64,000 nt of DNA from Ignavibacteriota bacterium. Its GTDB lineage: Bacteria > Bacteroidota > Ignavibacteria > Kapaibacteriales > UBA2268. Every line of letters starts with the position of its first letter. Position 1 is the stretch's first letter. Below are positions 34,401-43,868 of this stretch, piece after piece. The notes under the pieces are model-generated. The model was not told the DNA's origin and ran no database searches. It saw only the letters and a list, made by a program, of their open reading frames with translations. The position numbers and the translations under genes are program-made. Where the stretch lies: assembly GCA_020437395.1 (NCBI GenBank), contig JAGQWJ010000004.1:22475-86474 (forward strand), given 5' to 3'.

Positions 34401-35642
34401 ATGGCAGTATTCAAGCCATTCAAGGCATATAGACCAACAAGCGATAAAGCAAAAGATGTAGCTGCATATCCTTATGATGTTGTTAATTCGGATGAGGCAA
34501 GAGATATTGTAAATGGCAATCCGGATTCTTTTCTTCGTGTAGGTAAACCTGAAGTTGATTTGGATCCTTCTATCTCTTTGTATGACCCAAAGGTCTATGC
34601 AAAAGGTAAAGAAAATCTTGATAGATTAGTCAATGACGGCATCTTAGTTGAAGATAATTCACCTTGTTATTATATTTATAGTCTGACTATGAACGGGCGA
34701 ACTCAAAATGGATTAGTCGGTTGCGCTAGTGTAGAAGATTATTGGAACGATGTCATAAAAAAGCATGAATTCACTAGAAAACAGAAAGAAGAAGACAGAT
34801 GTGAACACGTTAGGATTACTAATGCTCACACTGGACCGATCTTCCTAACTTATAAAGATGATAGCGATATAAATACTCTTATCAACAAAATAAAGCAAAA
34901 TGTTCCTGACAATGACCACGTTGCTAATGACGGCATACGCCATCAAACTTGGCTAATTGACAATAAGGAAAATATTGAATTTATCCAGAACAGATTGACT
35001 GAAGTGCCAAGCTTCTATGTAGCTGATGGACACCACCGATCTGCTGCTGCCGCAATTGTAGGTAGAGAACGCAGAGAAGCTAATCCGAACCACACAGGTA
35101 ACGAGAATTATAACCAGTTTTTGGCTGTTCTATTTCCTGCTAGTGAATTGTACATTATGGATTACAACCGTTTAGTTGTTGATCTCAATGGAAATAGCGT
35201 AACTGAATTCCTAGATAAGGTTGCGGACAAATTCACCGTTCAAAAGTCTGATAAAAAAGTCTCCCCTTCTCAAAAAGGTGAATTTGGGTTTTACTCAGAA
35301 GGAAACTGGTATAAACTGAACATAAAACCTGAATTAGTTGACTTGAATGACCCTGTGGAATCATTAGATGTGGCATTACTACAAAAGCATGTTCTTGACA
35401 ATATTTTGGCAATAGAAGACCCACGTACTGATGAAAGAATAGATTTTGTTGGTGGAATTAGAGGTTTGGAAGAGTTAGTAAGAAGAGTTGACAATGGCGA
35501 GATGAAAGCAGCTATTAGCATGTACCCTACTTCTATCGAAGAACTGATGAACATAGCTGACGCTGGACGAGTAATGCCACCAAAATCAACATGGTTCGAG
35601 CCGAAACTTAGAGATGGGTTGTTTGTTCATTTCTTGGACTAA
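34401..35642 (+). CDS. DUF1015 family protein
   Basis: 413 aa. Hallmark FYVADGHHRSAAA block. Starts 12 nt after serA. Confidence 0.8.
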   Translation: MAVFKPFKAYRPTSDKAKDVAAYPYDVVNSDEARDIVNGNPDSFLRVGKPEVDLDPSISLYDPKVYAKGKENLDRLVNDGILVEDNSPCYYIYSLTMNGRTQNGLVGCASVEDYWNDVIKKHEFTRKQKEEDRCEHVRITNAHTGPIFLTYKDDSDINTLINKIKQNVPDNDHVANDGIRHQTWLIDNKENIEFIQNRLTEVPSFYVADGHHRSAAAAIVGRERREANPNHTGNENYNQFLAVLFPASELYIMDYNRLVVDLNGNSVTEFLDKVADKFTVQKSDKKVSPSQKGEFGFYSEGNWYKLNIKPELVDLNDPVESLDVALLQKHVLDNILAIEDPRTDERIDFVGGIRGLEELVRRVDNGEMKAAISMYPTSIEELMNIADAGRVMPPKSTWFEPKLRDGLFVHFLD

Positions 35643-35671
35643 TTCAAAAATAACATATCAATTAGAAAATG

Positions 35672-35703
35672 AAAACTCCTGCAAAAATTGCAGGAGTTTT
35701 TTT
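35672..35703 (+). terminator. Rho-independent terminator after the DUF1015 gene
   Basis: AAAACTCCTGC / GCAGGAGTTTT stem with a 7-nt loop and a T run. Confidence 0.8.
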
Positions 35704-35736
35704 GTTATTATGTCCACCCACACAGTGAGAAAAGCC

Positions 35737-35770
35737 AATTCTTCACTTCGCTTCGCTCGTTCTGAATGAC
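35737..35770 (+). repeat. Copy B of the interspersed intergenic motif (AATTCTTCACTTCGCTTCGCTCGTTCTGAATGAC)
   Basis: Same termini and core as the copies at 5697, 45273 and 45332. Confidence 0.55.
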
Positions 35771-35869
35771 AGTATTTCATATAAAACCGTGAAATTGATA
35801 AATCCATATTTGAAAAAATAATAATCTGTCAAGGCAATTTGTTCCTATGTTTATTTATTTTTTACACAC

Positions 35870-37213
35870 ATGGAGGATAATCCAATGAAGCAATTAATTA
35901 TTTTTATAACGCTAATAATGCTACTGACAACAGCCAAAACGAAAAGTGCAGAGATTATCCCTGTTTGGAATAAAGGATCTGGTGCAGGTGATATACAGGA
36001 CATGGAACTGTTAAAAGGACATGATGAGTTTCTGCTCCTTGTTGGAGTAGGTTCAAATGCTCAATTCCAAATACGAAGTACTGAATCAGGTGAGTTAATA
36101 AATACTATACCAGTAGGAACATCCACTGACTCAAGAATAGCTATTACACCAGACAGTACTAGAATTATCCATCTGAATGGTGGAATCGCTCAAGTAAGAA
36201 ATATAGCAGAAAACCTTTCCGTTGAAGGATATTTTGGAGTTGATAGTGATAGCATAATATACGGTTTTACTGATATTGCTATTGACCCAATAAGACCTCT
36301 AGCGTATGTTACAGTATATGGTTGGAAAGGTGTACATCCTAATATAACTACAAAAAGTAAAGTTTCAGTTTATAACTACGAAACAAAAGAATTTGTACAG
36401 GATTTAACAGAATTAGGGGATTATGAGTATTCAGTTATTGAAGTATCAGATGATGGGAAGTACTTAGCTACTTTAAATGATGGCAAAGCATATTTAAAGG
36501 TTTGGGATTTAGAAACAATGGAATTGATTGTTAATGAAAAGCTATACTCTGATTCAGATGTAGTTAAGAGCGAGGCAAGAGATATTAAGTTTTCAAAATT
36601 GAATAACAAATTTTTATATATTTCAGGGCTATTTACTGAAAAGTTAAGTGAGAAAGATTTAGGACGTGGTTGCTATATTTTCAATTTAGAAAACAAGTCA
36701 AGACAATTATTATTACCAGATGCTGTTTATAGTAGTAATAGTCTCATTTTTCTCAACAACGAAACTCGTATTTTTAATTCATCAAGAACTAGAATTGGAG
36801 TTTTAAATTTATTTACAGCTGAGTTAGAGTGGTATGGTGTTCCACCTGAAAACATAAATTCACAGAAAGTTATATATTCAGTCAATTCAAATTATTTTAA
36901 AGGTATAACCGCAAACAAAATATCTAAATTTCTATATGATTCTCAATCTAATTTAGAAGATATAATTGAAGAAGAAATTATAATTAGTCCCAACCCTACA
37001 AATAGTTTTGTTAATATAGAACTAAATTGCATTGAACCACTAATAAATTATCAAATCAATGATGTAAATGGATTAATAGTTTACCAATCTTCAATGCAGA
37101 ATCAAGATAGTAATTTGCAGATTGACTTTATGCCTTACCCTTCTGGTGTATATTTCATTACTTTGAGTTGTAATAATCTTCTGAAAACATATAAAATAAT
37201 TAAAGAGGGATAG
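35870..37213 (+). CDS. Beta-propeller-like secreted protein with T9SS type-A C-terminal sorting domain
   Basis: 447 aa. Probable start at ATG 35885 (MKQLIIFITLIMLL...). C-terminus ISPNPTNSFVNIEL...PSGVYFITLSCNNLLKTYKIIKEG is a typical T9SS CTD. Confidence 0.65.
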   Translation: MEDNPMKQLIIFITLIMLLTTAKTKSAEIIPVWNKGSGAGDIQDMELLKGHDEFLLLVGVGSNAQFQIRSTESGELINTIPVGTSTDSRIAITPDSTRIIHLNGGIAQVRNIAENLSVEGYFGVDSDSIIYGFTDIAIDPIRPLAYVTVYGWKGVHPNITTKSKVSVYNYETKEFVQDLTELGDYEYSVIEVSDDGKYLATLNDGKAYLKVWDLETMELIVNEKLYSDSDVVKSEARDIKFSKLNNKFLYISGLFTEKLSEKDLGRGCYIFNLENKSRQLLLPDAVYSSNSLIFLNNETRIFNSSRTRIGVLNLFTAELEWYGVPPENINSQKVIYSVNSNYFKGITANKISKFLYDSQSNLEDIIEEEIIISPNPTNSFVNIELNCIEPLINYQINDVNGLIVYQSSMQNQDSNLQIDFMPYPSGVYFITLSCNNLLKTYKIIKEG

Positions 37214-37964
37214 AAAAATTGAATCTCATCGGCTCAAATTCACTATTAAGTATTTGAGGTCGGTTTCTATGAAGTTCTGTGGTTATATAAGCTATACAAC
37301 TTCCAACAATTGCTCCAACAAGAACATCAGAAAAGAAGTGTTTTGCAGCCAATACTCTAAGGGTAGCAATAGCTGATGCGTTCATTATGTTCATTGCTAT
37401 ACCAATACTTTTGTATATTCCGTCGCTTTGGTTTGAGAGCATAATAATGTTGAACACAGCTGATGCAAAAGCCGTTGAAGAATGTCCAGAATAAAATGAA
37501 TATCTTGTGTCATAATCTAATTTTATTTTTGGTTCTGTATTTTCATCATAGGAAAAAGGTCGGAATCTACCAACTAGAGATTTGGTAATTGAGTTTAAAC
37601 CATAGTTCAAAGTTATTGTCTCGAAGTACATAAGAGCATTCGTTTGAAATTGAGGTTTATAATCCGATGAAAACGAATATGTCAGAGGAGAAATAATTTG
37701 TAAAGCTAACAAAATATCGCTAATTTCGGAATAAGTCGGATTATAAGTAGTGTTCCATTTATCATAAAAAGGAATATTTAGTTTATCAATTCCAGCAAAA
37801 TCATCATCGGTAAGCGGGGAATTTTGATAAGTCATAATATTGCCTACAGACGCACTAATAACTCCAAGAGGTAGTAATATCATATCAGTCTTTGCATCTA
37901 AAGAGAATTGTGCATTCAAATTAACTGAACAACTGAACAATATGTAAAATATTAAAGTCCGCAT
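37200..37964 (-). CDS. PAP2-family phosphatase
   Basis: 254 aa. The three PAP2 motifs are present: KSLVGRFRP, SFYSGHS, RVLAAKHFFSDV. Confidence 0.8.
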   Translation of the reverse strand: MRTLIFYILFSCSVNLNAQFSLDAKTDMILLPLGVISASVGNIMTYQNSPLTDDDFAGIDKLNIPFYDKWNTTYNPTYSEISDILLALQIISPLTYSFSSDYKPQFQTNALMYFETITLNYGLNSITKSLVGRFRPFSYDENTEPKIKLDYDTRYSFYSGHSSTAFASAVFNIIMLSNQSDGIYKSIGIAMNIMNASAIATLRVLAAKHFFSDVLVGAIVGSCIAYITTELHRNRPQILNSEFEPMRFNFSIPL

Positions 37965-39139
37965 GCTTGCAAATATAGTCTATTATTAATAACTCCGAGT
38001 GATTCATATTCATTCATTCTCCAATTAAATCGAACCGTACTTGTGTAATCCATCATTGCACCAGCGTAAAGAGTTTGAGTCTCCAAATCTCGAACAACAA
38101 GTGATGTAGAACTTGCATAAGCAATAGAATTAGACTTTGGCTTCCGAGCGTAAACGCCTTCAATAAAAATTCCGTTTGGGGCTCTGATTTGCTTCCCATT
38201 AACGACTAGATTGCAATCGATTGTACAAGCTATAAAGTACATCTCGCTACCATCGTAAGAGAAGCTCGGTACCGAATTTTCTCTACCCCCAGAGTATTCG
38301 ACGGAATTGAAAACAACAATTTCATTATTCTGCAAATCAATAGCTTTGTAAGCAAGCATAGGTTCATGAGGATGGATTGCCAAACCAGTAATTAGATTAT
38401 AATTTTTACCAGTTATAGGTGTACTCATCTTATCGCTGATTAATACGGCTTCATATCTACCAAATGATAAAGTAGCAATAAAAGCCAGATAATCCCCGGT
38501 TAGGTTTATCTTTGGCTCGGATATATCCTGATATATATTCGATACTCTTTTATCCCCTATGAAAACCGACCAAGTTGAGCCATCATAAGCAGCATAGGCA
38601 AACCTATCATCATGCCAATACCCAATTGGTATTATATCTTGAAAGCTTTCTGATGATTTACCACTATTGAATATTGTTTTTATCCCTCCTCTACTCTCCA
38701 CGAATGCAAACTTATCACCTGAATTATTGATGAAAAGCGGACCACTTCTGAATCTCATTTGCAATGTGTCTGATTCGGACACAATAAATTCATTATCAGC
38801 TCTAAAAAAGGAATATATCATCTTCTTTGAATCGGAGCCATAAAGTATAGTACCAGGACTATCAGCAAGTATTTGTATTTCTTTTTCACTAGTTATTAGA
38901 TTCCAACCGCCCATATCTTTGGCAAAGAATGCCCAATTCTCACCATCGGGAGAGAATTGAGGTTTTGAAAGCTCTAAGTAATTATCGGAAACATAATCGT
39001 TGATATGCATTTTCTGTCTATTTGAGAATGACTGAGTAGTTGCCCACCAATTATATGTAGTATCAAATCCAAATTCAATTAACTCTTCGCTACCGTCGAG
39101 CAATTGAACTTCGTAGCACTTGTCAGCTTTTACTGACAA
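37952..39139 (-). CDS. PD40/TolB-like repeat protein (probably exported; true start likely upstream of the track start)
   Basis: 395 aa from a TTG start. Recurrent propeller-blade-like strings: FSPDGENWAFFAKD, GDKFAFVESRGG, DDRFAYAAYDGS, GDYLAFIATLS, YDGSEMYFIAC. An in-frame signal-peptide-like extension lies upstream (see findings). Confidence 0.55.
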   Translation of the reverse strand: MSVKADKCYEVQLLDGSEELIEFGFDTTYNWWATTQSFSNRQKMHINDYVSDNYLELSKPQFSPDGENWAFFAKDMGGWNLITSEKEIQILADSPGTILYGSDSKKMIYSFFRADNEFIVSESDTLQMRFRSGPLFINNSGDKFAFVESRGGIKTIFNSGKSSESFQDIIPIGYWHDDRFAYAAYDGSTWSVFIGDKRVSNIYQDISEPKINLTGDYLAFIATLSFGRYEAVLISDKMSTPITGKNYNLITGLAIHPHEPMLAYKAIDLQNNEIVVFNSVEYSGGRENSVPSFSYDGSEMYFIACTIDCNLVVNGKQIRAPNGIFIEGVYARKPKSNSIAYASSTSLVVRDLETQTLYAGAMMDYTSTVRFNWRMNEYESLGVINNRLYLQACGL

Positions 39140-39283
39140 AAAGAGGTTGAAAAATAGAAATAATATTATTAACTTGTAGAAAATGTTGTAACTCTTTTAA
39201 AAAATTTAACAATAGGTGTAATTATTTGAACTTTTGACTGTCTTTACAATAACTAAAATAACAAAATCTTCGAGGAAATTATT

Positions 39284-42200
39284 ATGAAGAATATAATTTT
39301 ATCAATATTATTGTTGATAGTCTCAATTTCAACTAATTTACAATCACAGGAAAAGCCTGTATTTGGTATAACGGGAGTAGATGCCAGTGAGTTTCCGCTC
39401 GTCAAAAGTTATTTCATAGCAAAGAATGGCTATCTTAATGAGCCATATTACAAAGGCACCCAAAATATCCCCAATCCCCCTGCATTTGATTTATCAGAAA
39501 ATGGTGTGAGCAAAGATTTAACTAGCCTAATTTTGAAGTGTGACGAGATTGATGGCGAATTACCAATCCATATTGCTTTGGTAGTTGATGCTTCTACAAG
39601 TATGTTTGACCCATGGATGAACGGTGAAACCCGAGCTGACGTATTGGAAAGAGCCGTAGTCGAATTTATAGATTCTGTTAGATTCAAAAATGGGTCTTCT
39701 ATGCACATTGTTCCCTTTTCAGGTAACACCATTCCTCAGAATGTTTGGAAGGATTGGAACTACACAGCAAATGATGCAAAAGCGGATTTTAAATTCTATA
39801 CAAAATTAGAAGGTAGAACAGATTTCAATGTTCCAATGTACAAGGAACCTAATGGTAGAAATGTACTGGAAATATTCAAGTCGCGACCAGTAAACGATAG
39901 AAAAGCCGTAGTGTTTTTGACTGATGGTGAACACGACAATACGAATGGAAATAACCCATTTAAAGATGATTTAATCATTAATGATTTGCAACAAAGAGGA
40001 ATAGAGTTTTACTCTATAACTTTTGCCATAGATGCTAATGGAAGTATAAGCCAGCTTCGTAAGATAAGCCAAGCAACAGGTGGTGAATACTTCAATGCTT
40101 ATAGCGAAGAAGAATTACGTGATGTTTACAAAAAAATTACTGATAATTTCAAATCGACTTCCGTTTGTTGGCTGGAGTGGTTGTCACAATTAGAATGTGA
40201 CGAAGTAACTGAAAGAAATGTAGAAGTAACATTTACAAGAGATAAGTATCCACCATCAATCAAACGTGATTTTAATTATACACCTCCTGCAGATAAAGCG
40301 ATTGCGAAGATTACAAGAGACAAAGATATACTTTTCTTTGACAATAACGGAACAACAACACAGGAAGTAACATTGACAGCTAAAGTCGGTGATTTCCATG
40401 TTACTGGTTTTAACGTATCTGGAAATAATGGTAATTTTGATGTTCCCGAATTTGCATCTATGCCCACGGAAGGGTTTCTTATAGAAGAAGGGAAAAGCAA
40501 AACTTTTGCTATCAATTATATCAAAAATCCATCTGACCCAGCAAATTCATACGATTTAGTTTTCGAAACGGACTTATGCCCAACTGAGCCAGTAGAGTTA
40601 GTTGCGCCATGTGGTCCCACTACACAAGCTATTTACTTTGGGAATGTTAATTTAAGTGGAAGCACAGATTTTACTGCTACCGACGTATTTACGAATACTT
40701 CTACTTCAGAGATGAGTGGAAATATTACACTTTCTGGAGCAAATTCTACTGAGTTTAGTATTAAAACTACGAATGGTAATCCTGGTACTGCATTTACTTT
40801 GGCCGCTGGTGAAAGCATGGATATAGTGTTGACTATAACACCTACTTCAATAGGTGCAAAAACCGTTACATTAGACTATGGAATAATAACAGATTGTGGC
40901 TCTGCTACATCCGAAATCACGGCAAATGTAAAAGAAGCTAGTTTGAACATGTCACCTCTAACTTGGGGTGAAATAAGAATAGGAAACCCTGTAACTGAAA
41001 AATATACTATAACAAACCCTAATGACGACAACGTAGAGATTGAATCGATTGTAATAACTGATCCAACAAAAGGATTTAGTTTAGGAGATATAAGCTCGGC
41101 TATTGGGAATATAAATCCAAATGGAGGAACGACTACATTTGATATTACTTTCACTCCAAATGTTGAAGGTCCAGTGACAACTGAAATAGAAGTAAGAGTT
41201 AAAAATAGAGCTGAGTCTATAACTGCACGATTAACTGGTATTGGATATGTTCCCAAAATTAAAGGAAACGATATAGATTTCCCTGCAACTGAAGTGAGTA
41301 CAGTAGCAACTCCGATTAACTTAGTAATCGAAAACACATCTGACTATGGTAAAATGGTGGTGAGAAGTGTTTATATAAAAAATACAAGCGATGCTGGTTT
41401 TTCAGTTGATTTAACAAATTTCACTGCAGACATACAAATTGAAAAAGGTAACTCAATAACAATCCCTGTTAATTTCTCACCACAGACAGTAGGTAGTCTA
41501 TCAGGCATTGTAGTAGTTGAAGCAGACAATGTAGAAGGTGAGGAGCCAGTAACATTTGAGCTTAATGAATTCACTTTAAGTGGCGAAAGTATCCCTGGCG
41601 ATGCTATTACTTTAGATACAACATTTGTTGGTCCAATATTGAGCTGCGAAACAACTGAGTTTTTTGTTAATCTGCCAAATGTTAGCCAAAACGCACAGAC
41701 GGTAGATGTAACACTAATACAAACTGGTAACAATTTTTCGATACCTTCGAACCAGTTCAATATACCACAAGGTGCACCTGCTGTATTAGCGAAAGTTGTA
41801 TATAGCCCGACAAATATCGGTACTCATACGGCTGTGTTAGAATATAGCTTCTCTGATGGATCAAAATTCATAGCACCTGTTAAAGGTATTTCTAATAAGA
41901 GTAGTGAACCCGTTGAATTTGCTAAAAATGTTTACAAAACTGAGCTTGGTAAATACTTGGTTACTAATTTCAACATAGATTTTTCAAAATACGATATTAG
42001 AAAAGATGTGGTAGTTAATAATCTTGTATTGACTTTACGTTACAACGGTAGAATGCTTTATATGAAAGATAATGAAGTAAAATCTAATATTGGTTTGACT
42101 CCGACAATAGATTTAACAAATCAACTAGATAACAACTACGTTACTATTGAATATCTAGGAGACATACCACTAAATACTAATTTGACTTTTGAAGTGCCAT

Positions 42201-42622
42201 TTCTTGTAACTATGGGTAATGATACAGTAACGAACGTAGCAGTAGATGCAAACTTTGTTGGTTTAGAGTGTTTGGATATAGAGACTGGTACAACAACTTC
42301 GTACTCTTTAGGTTGTAATATTGCTAATACATTAATAGCTGATTTGAATTTTGCGAAAGACGGGTATAGTAGTAAGATCGAAGGTGAAAATCCAGTGAAT
42401 GACGTACTTAAGTTAGAATATGAATTACCTTATGACAGCAAAATCCTAATTGAGCTATATAATTCGACAGGAGAGTTAACGAAGATTATACGAAATGAAA
42501 ACGGAAAACACGGAATTACTAATGACAATATAGACGTAAGCGATATACCATCAGGTGTTTATATGTTAAGATTTATTAGTGGTCCATTTGTTGAGTCACA
42601 CACATTTGTAAAAGTCAAGTAA
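39284..42622 (+). CDS. Giant adhesin-like T9SS cargo: N-terminal vWA domain, repeated Ig-like (choice-of-anchor-D/ASH-like) domains and a T9SS CTD
   Basis: 1112 aa. Signal peptide; MIDAS-type VVDASTSM; at least five repeats of the pattern FGNV/WGEI...(T/S)xxFTIxN...(F/L)S(I/L)...LxxGES/xxxxVxFxPxxxGxxTAxL; C-terminal PSGVYMLRFISGPFVESHTFVKVK. Confidence 0.8.
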   Translation: MKNIILSILLLIVSISTNLQSQEKPVFGITGVDASEFPLVKSYFIAKNGYLNEPYYKGTQNIPNPPAFDLSENGVSKDLTSLILKCDEIDGELPIHIALVVDASTSMFDPWMNGETRADVLERAVVEFIDSVRFKNGSSMHIVPFSGNTIPQNVWKDWNYTANDAKADFKFYTKLEGRTDFNVPMYKEPNGRNVLEIFKSRPVNDRKAVVFLTDGEHDNTNGNNPFKDDLIINDLQQRGIEFYSITFAIDANGSISQLRKISQATGGEYFNAYSEEELRDVYKKITDNFKSTSVCWLEWLSQLECDEVTERNVEVTFTRDKYPPSIKRDFNYTPPADKAIAKITRDKDILFFDNNGTTTQEVTLTAKVGDFHVTGFNVSGNNGNFDVPEFASMPTEGFLIEEGKSKTFAINYIKNPSDPANSYDLVFETDLCPTEPVELVAPCGPTTQAIYFGNVNLSGSTDFTATDVFTNTSTSEMSGNITLSGANSTEFSIKTTNGNPGTAFTLAAGESMDIVLTITPTSIGAKTVTLDYGIITDCGSATSEITANVKEASLNMSPLTWGEIRIGNPVTEKYTITNPNDDNVEIESIVITDPTKGFSLGDISSAIGNINPNGGTTTFDITFTPNVEGPVTTEIEVRVKNRAESITARLTGIGYVPKIKGNDIDFPATEVSTVATPINLVIENTSDYGKMVVRSVYIKNTSDAGFSVDLTNFTADIQIEKGNSITIPVNFSPQTVGSLSGIVVVEADNVEGEEPVTFELNEFTLSGESIPGDAITLDTTFVGPILSCETTEFFVNLPNVSQNAQTVDVTLIQTGNNFSIPSNQFNIPQGAPAVLAKVVYSPTNIGTHTAVLEYSFSDGSKFIAPVKGISNKSSEPVEFAKNVYKTELGKYLVTNFNIDFSKYDIRKDVVVNNLVLTLRYNGRMLYMKDNEVKSNIGLTPTIDLTNQLDNNYVTIEYLGDIPLNTNLTFEVPFLVTMGNDTVTNVAVDANFVGLECLDIETGTTTSYSLGCNIANTLIADLNFAKDGYSSKIEGENPVNDVLKLEYELPYDSKILIELYNSTGELTKIIRNENGKHGITNDNIDVSDIPSGVYMLRFISGPFVESHTFVKVK

Positions 42623-42645
42623 TGAATTGACTTGAATTTTGAATG

Positions 42646-42678
42646 AAAAAAGTGGGTTATTATGAACCCACTTTTTTT
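42646..42678 (+). terminator. Rho-independent terminator after the adhesin gene
   Basis: AGTGGGTT / AACCCACT stem flanked by A and T runs. Confidence 0.8.
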
Positions 42679-42694
42679 ATGTGATTAATTGTAT

Positions 42695-42702
42695 TATTTT
42701 TG
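42695..42702 (+). promoter_or_regulatory. Candidate -7 promoter box TATTTTTG upstream of fbaB
   Basis: Exact TAnnTTTG match 30 nt upstream of ATG 42732. Confidence 0.35.
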
Positions 42703-42731
42703 ACAAGTTATTTTATTCAAAGAGAAAAAAA

Positions 42732-43799
42732 ATGATAGATAAAATTACGGAACGCCTTGGCGACCAGGCAAAACAATTGTTAGAGTTTAATGCTCCTAAA
42801 ATAAGTAAAGATAGGTTACATTTACCATCTCCGAATTTTGTAGATGAAATATTTATGCAATCGGACAGAAATAACCGAGTGTTAGGGAATTTGGAATGGA
42901 TGTACCAAACGGGTAGATTGGCTAATACTGGCTATATGTCCATATTGCCTGTTGACCAAGGGATTGAGCACAGTGGAAGTGCTAGTTTTACGAAGAACCC
43001 AGATTATTTTGATCCAGAGAACATAGTAAAATTAGCAATTGAAGGTGGCTGTAATGCAGTTGCATCTACTTATGGTGTATTAGGAATGGTAGCACGCAAA
43101 TATGCGCATAAAATACCTTTCATTGTGAAAATTAATCACAATGAGTTGATGACTTCACCAAATACTTTCGACCAAGTTATGTTCGGAAGCGTAGATAAAG
43201 CTTACGAAATGGGTGCAGCAGCAGTTGGTGCAACTATTTACTTCGGTTCGGAAGAAAGTACAGCTCAGATAGTAGAAGTAGCTGAGGCATTCGAAAGAGC
43301 ACACGAGTTAGGAATGGCTACAGTACTATGGTGCTATTTGCGTAATAATAATTTTAAAGTTGATGGAGTTGATTATCACGCTTCTGCCGATTTGACATCA
43401 CAAGCAAATCACTTAGGTGTGACAATACAAGCTGACATTATCAAGCAAAAATTACCTACTAATAATGGTGGATACATAGCATTGAATTCCTCAGGAACAA
43501 GCTATGGTAAATATGATAAGAATATGTACGAAACAATGGTTTCGGATCACCCAATAGATTTGGCTAGACTGCAAGTAGCAAATTGTTACATGGGTAGAGC
43601 AGGACTAATCAATAGTGGTGGTGCTTCAGGAGCAAATGATATGCAAGAAGCTGTAGCTACAGCTGTTATTAACAAACGAGCTGGTGGATTAGGACTTATC
43701 TCAGGTAGAAAAGCCTTCCAAAGACCTCTTAACGAAGGTGTTGAATTGCTTAATGCTATTCAAGATGTTTACTTAAGTAAAGAAGTAACAATAGCATAA
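42732..43799 (+). CDS. fbaB: Class I fructose-bisphosphate aldolase (DhnA/FbaB type)
   Basis: Colinear with E. coli FbaB as I recall it: [60 protein letters not shown] moved the start to ATG 42732 because the track GTG at 42681 abuts the upstream terminator. Confidence 0.92.
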   Translation: MIDKITERLGDQAKQLLEFNAPKISKDRLHLPSPNFVDEIFMQSDRNNRVLGNLEWMYQTGRLANTGYMSILPVDQGIEHSGSASFTKNPDYFDPENIVKLAIEGGCNAVASTYGVLGMVARKYAHKIPFIVKINHNELMTSPNTFDQVMFGSVDKAYEMGAAAVGATIYFGSEESTAQIVEVAEAFERAHELGMATVLWCYLRNNNFKVDGVDYHASADLTSQANHLGVTIQADIIKQKLPTNNGGYIALNSSGTSYGKYDKNMYETMVSDHPIDLARLQVANCYMGRAGLINSGGASGANDMQEAVATAVINKRAGGLGLISGRKAFQRPLNEGVELLNAIQDVYLSKEVTIA

Positions 43800-43827
43800 T
43801 TAGAAACGTAACCTTAAATAATATTAT

Positions 43828-43855
43828 AAATCCCTTGTAAAAGAGGGATTTTTTA
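43828..43855 (+). terminator. Rho-independent terminator after fbaB
   Basis: AAATCCCT / AGGGATTT stem with an 8-nt loop and a T run. Confidence 0.7.
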
Positions 43856-43868
43856 TTTTTTAAAGCCG

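Noticed and set aside
40876-41337. A 153-aa ORF, together with neighbours at 39448..39732, 40276..40515, 40633..40818 and 41371..41760, antisense to the adhesin gene.
   Set aside because: All lie fully inside, and antisense to, a 1112-aa ORF with coherent domain logic. Their products are low-complexity (S/V/T/I/P-rich), with no start context or family resemblance. This is the typical antisense-frame openness of a gene rich in GTN/ACN/AAT codons.
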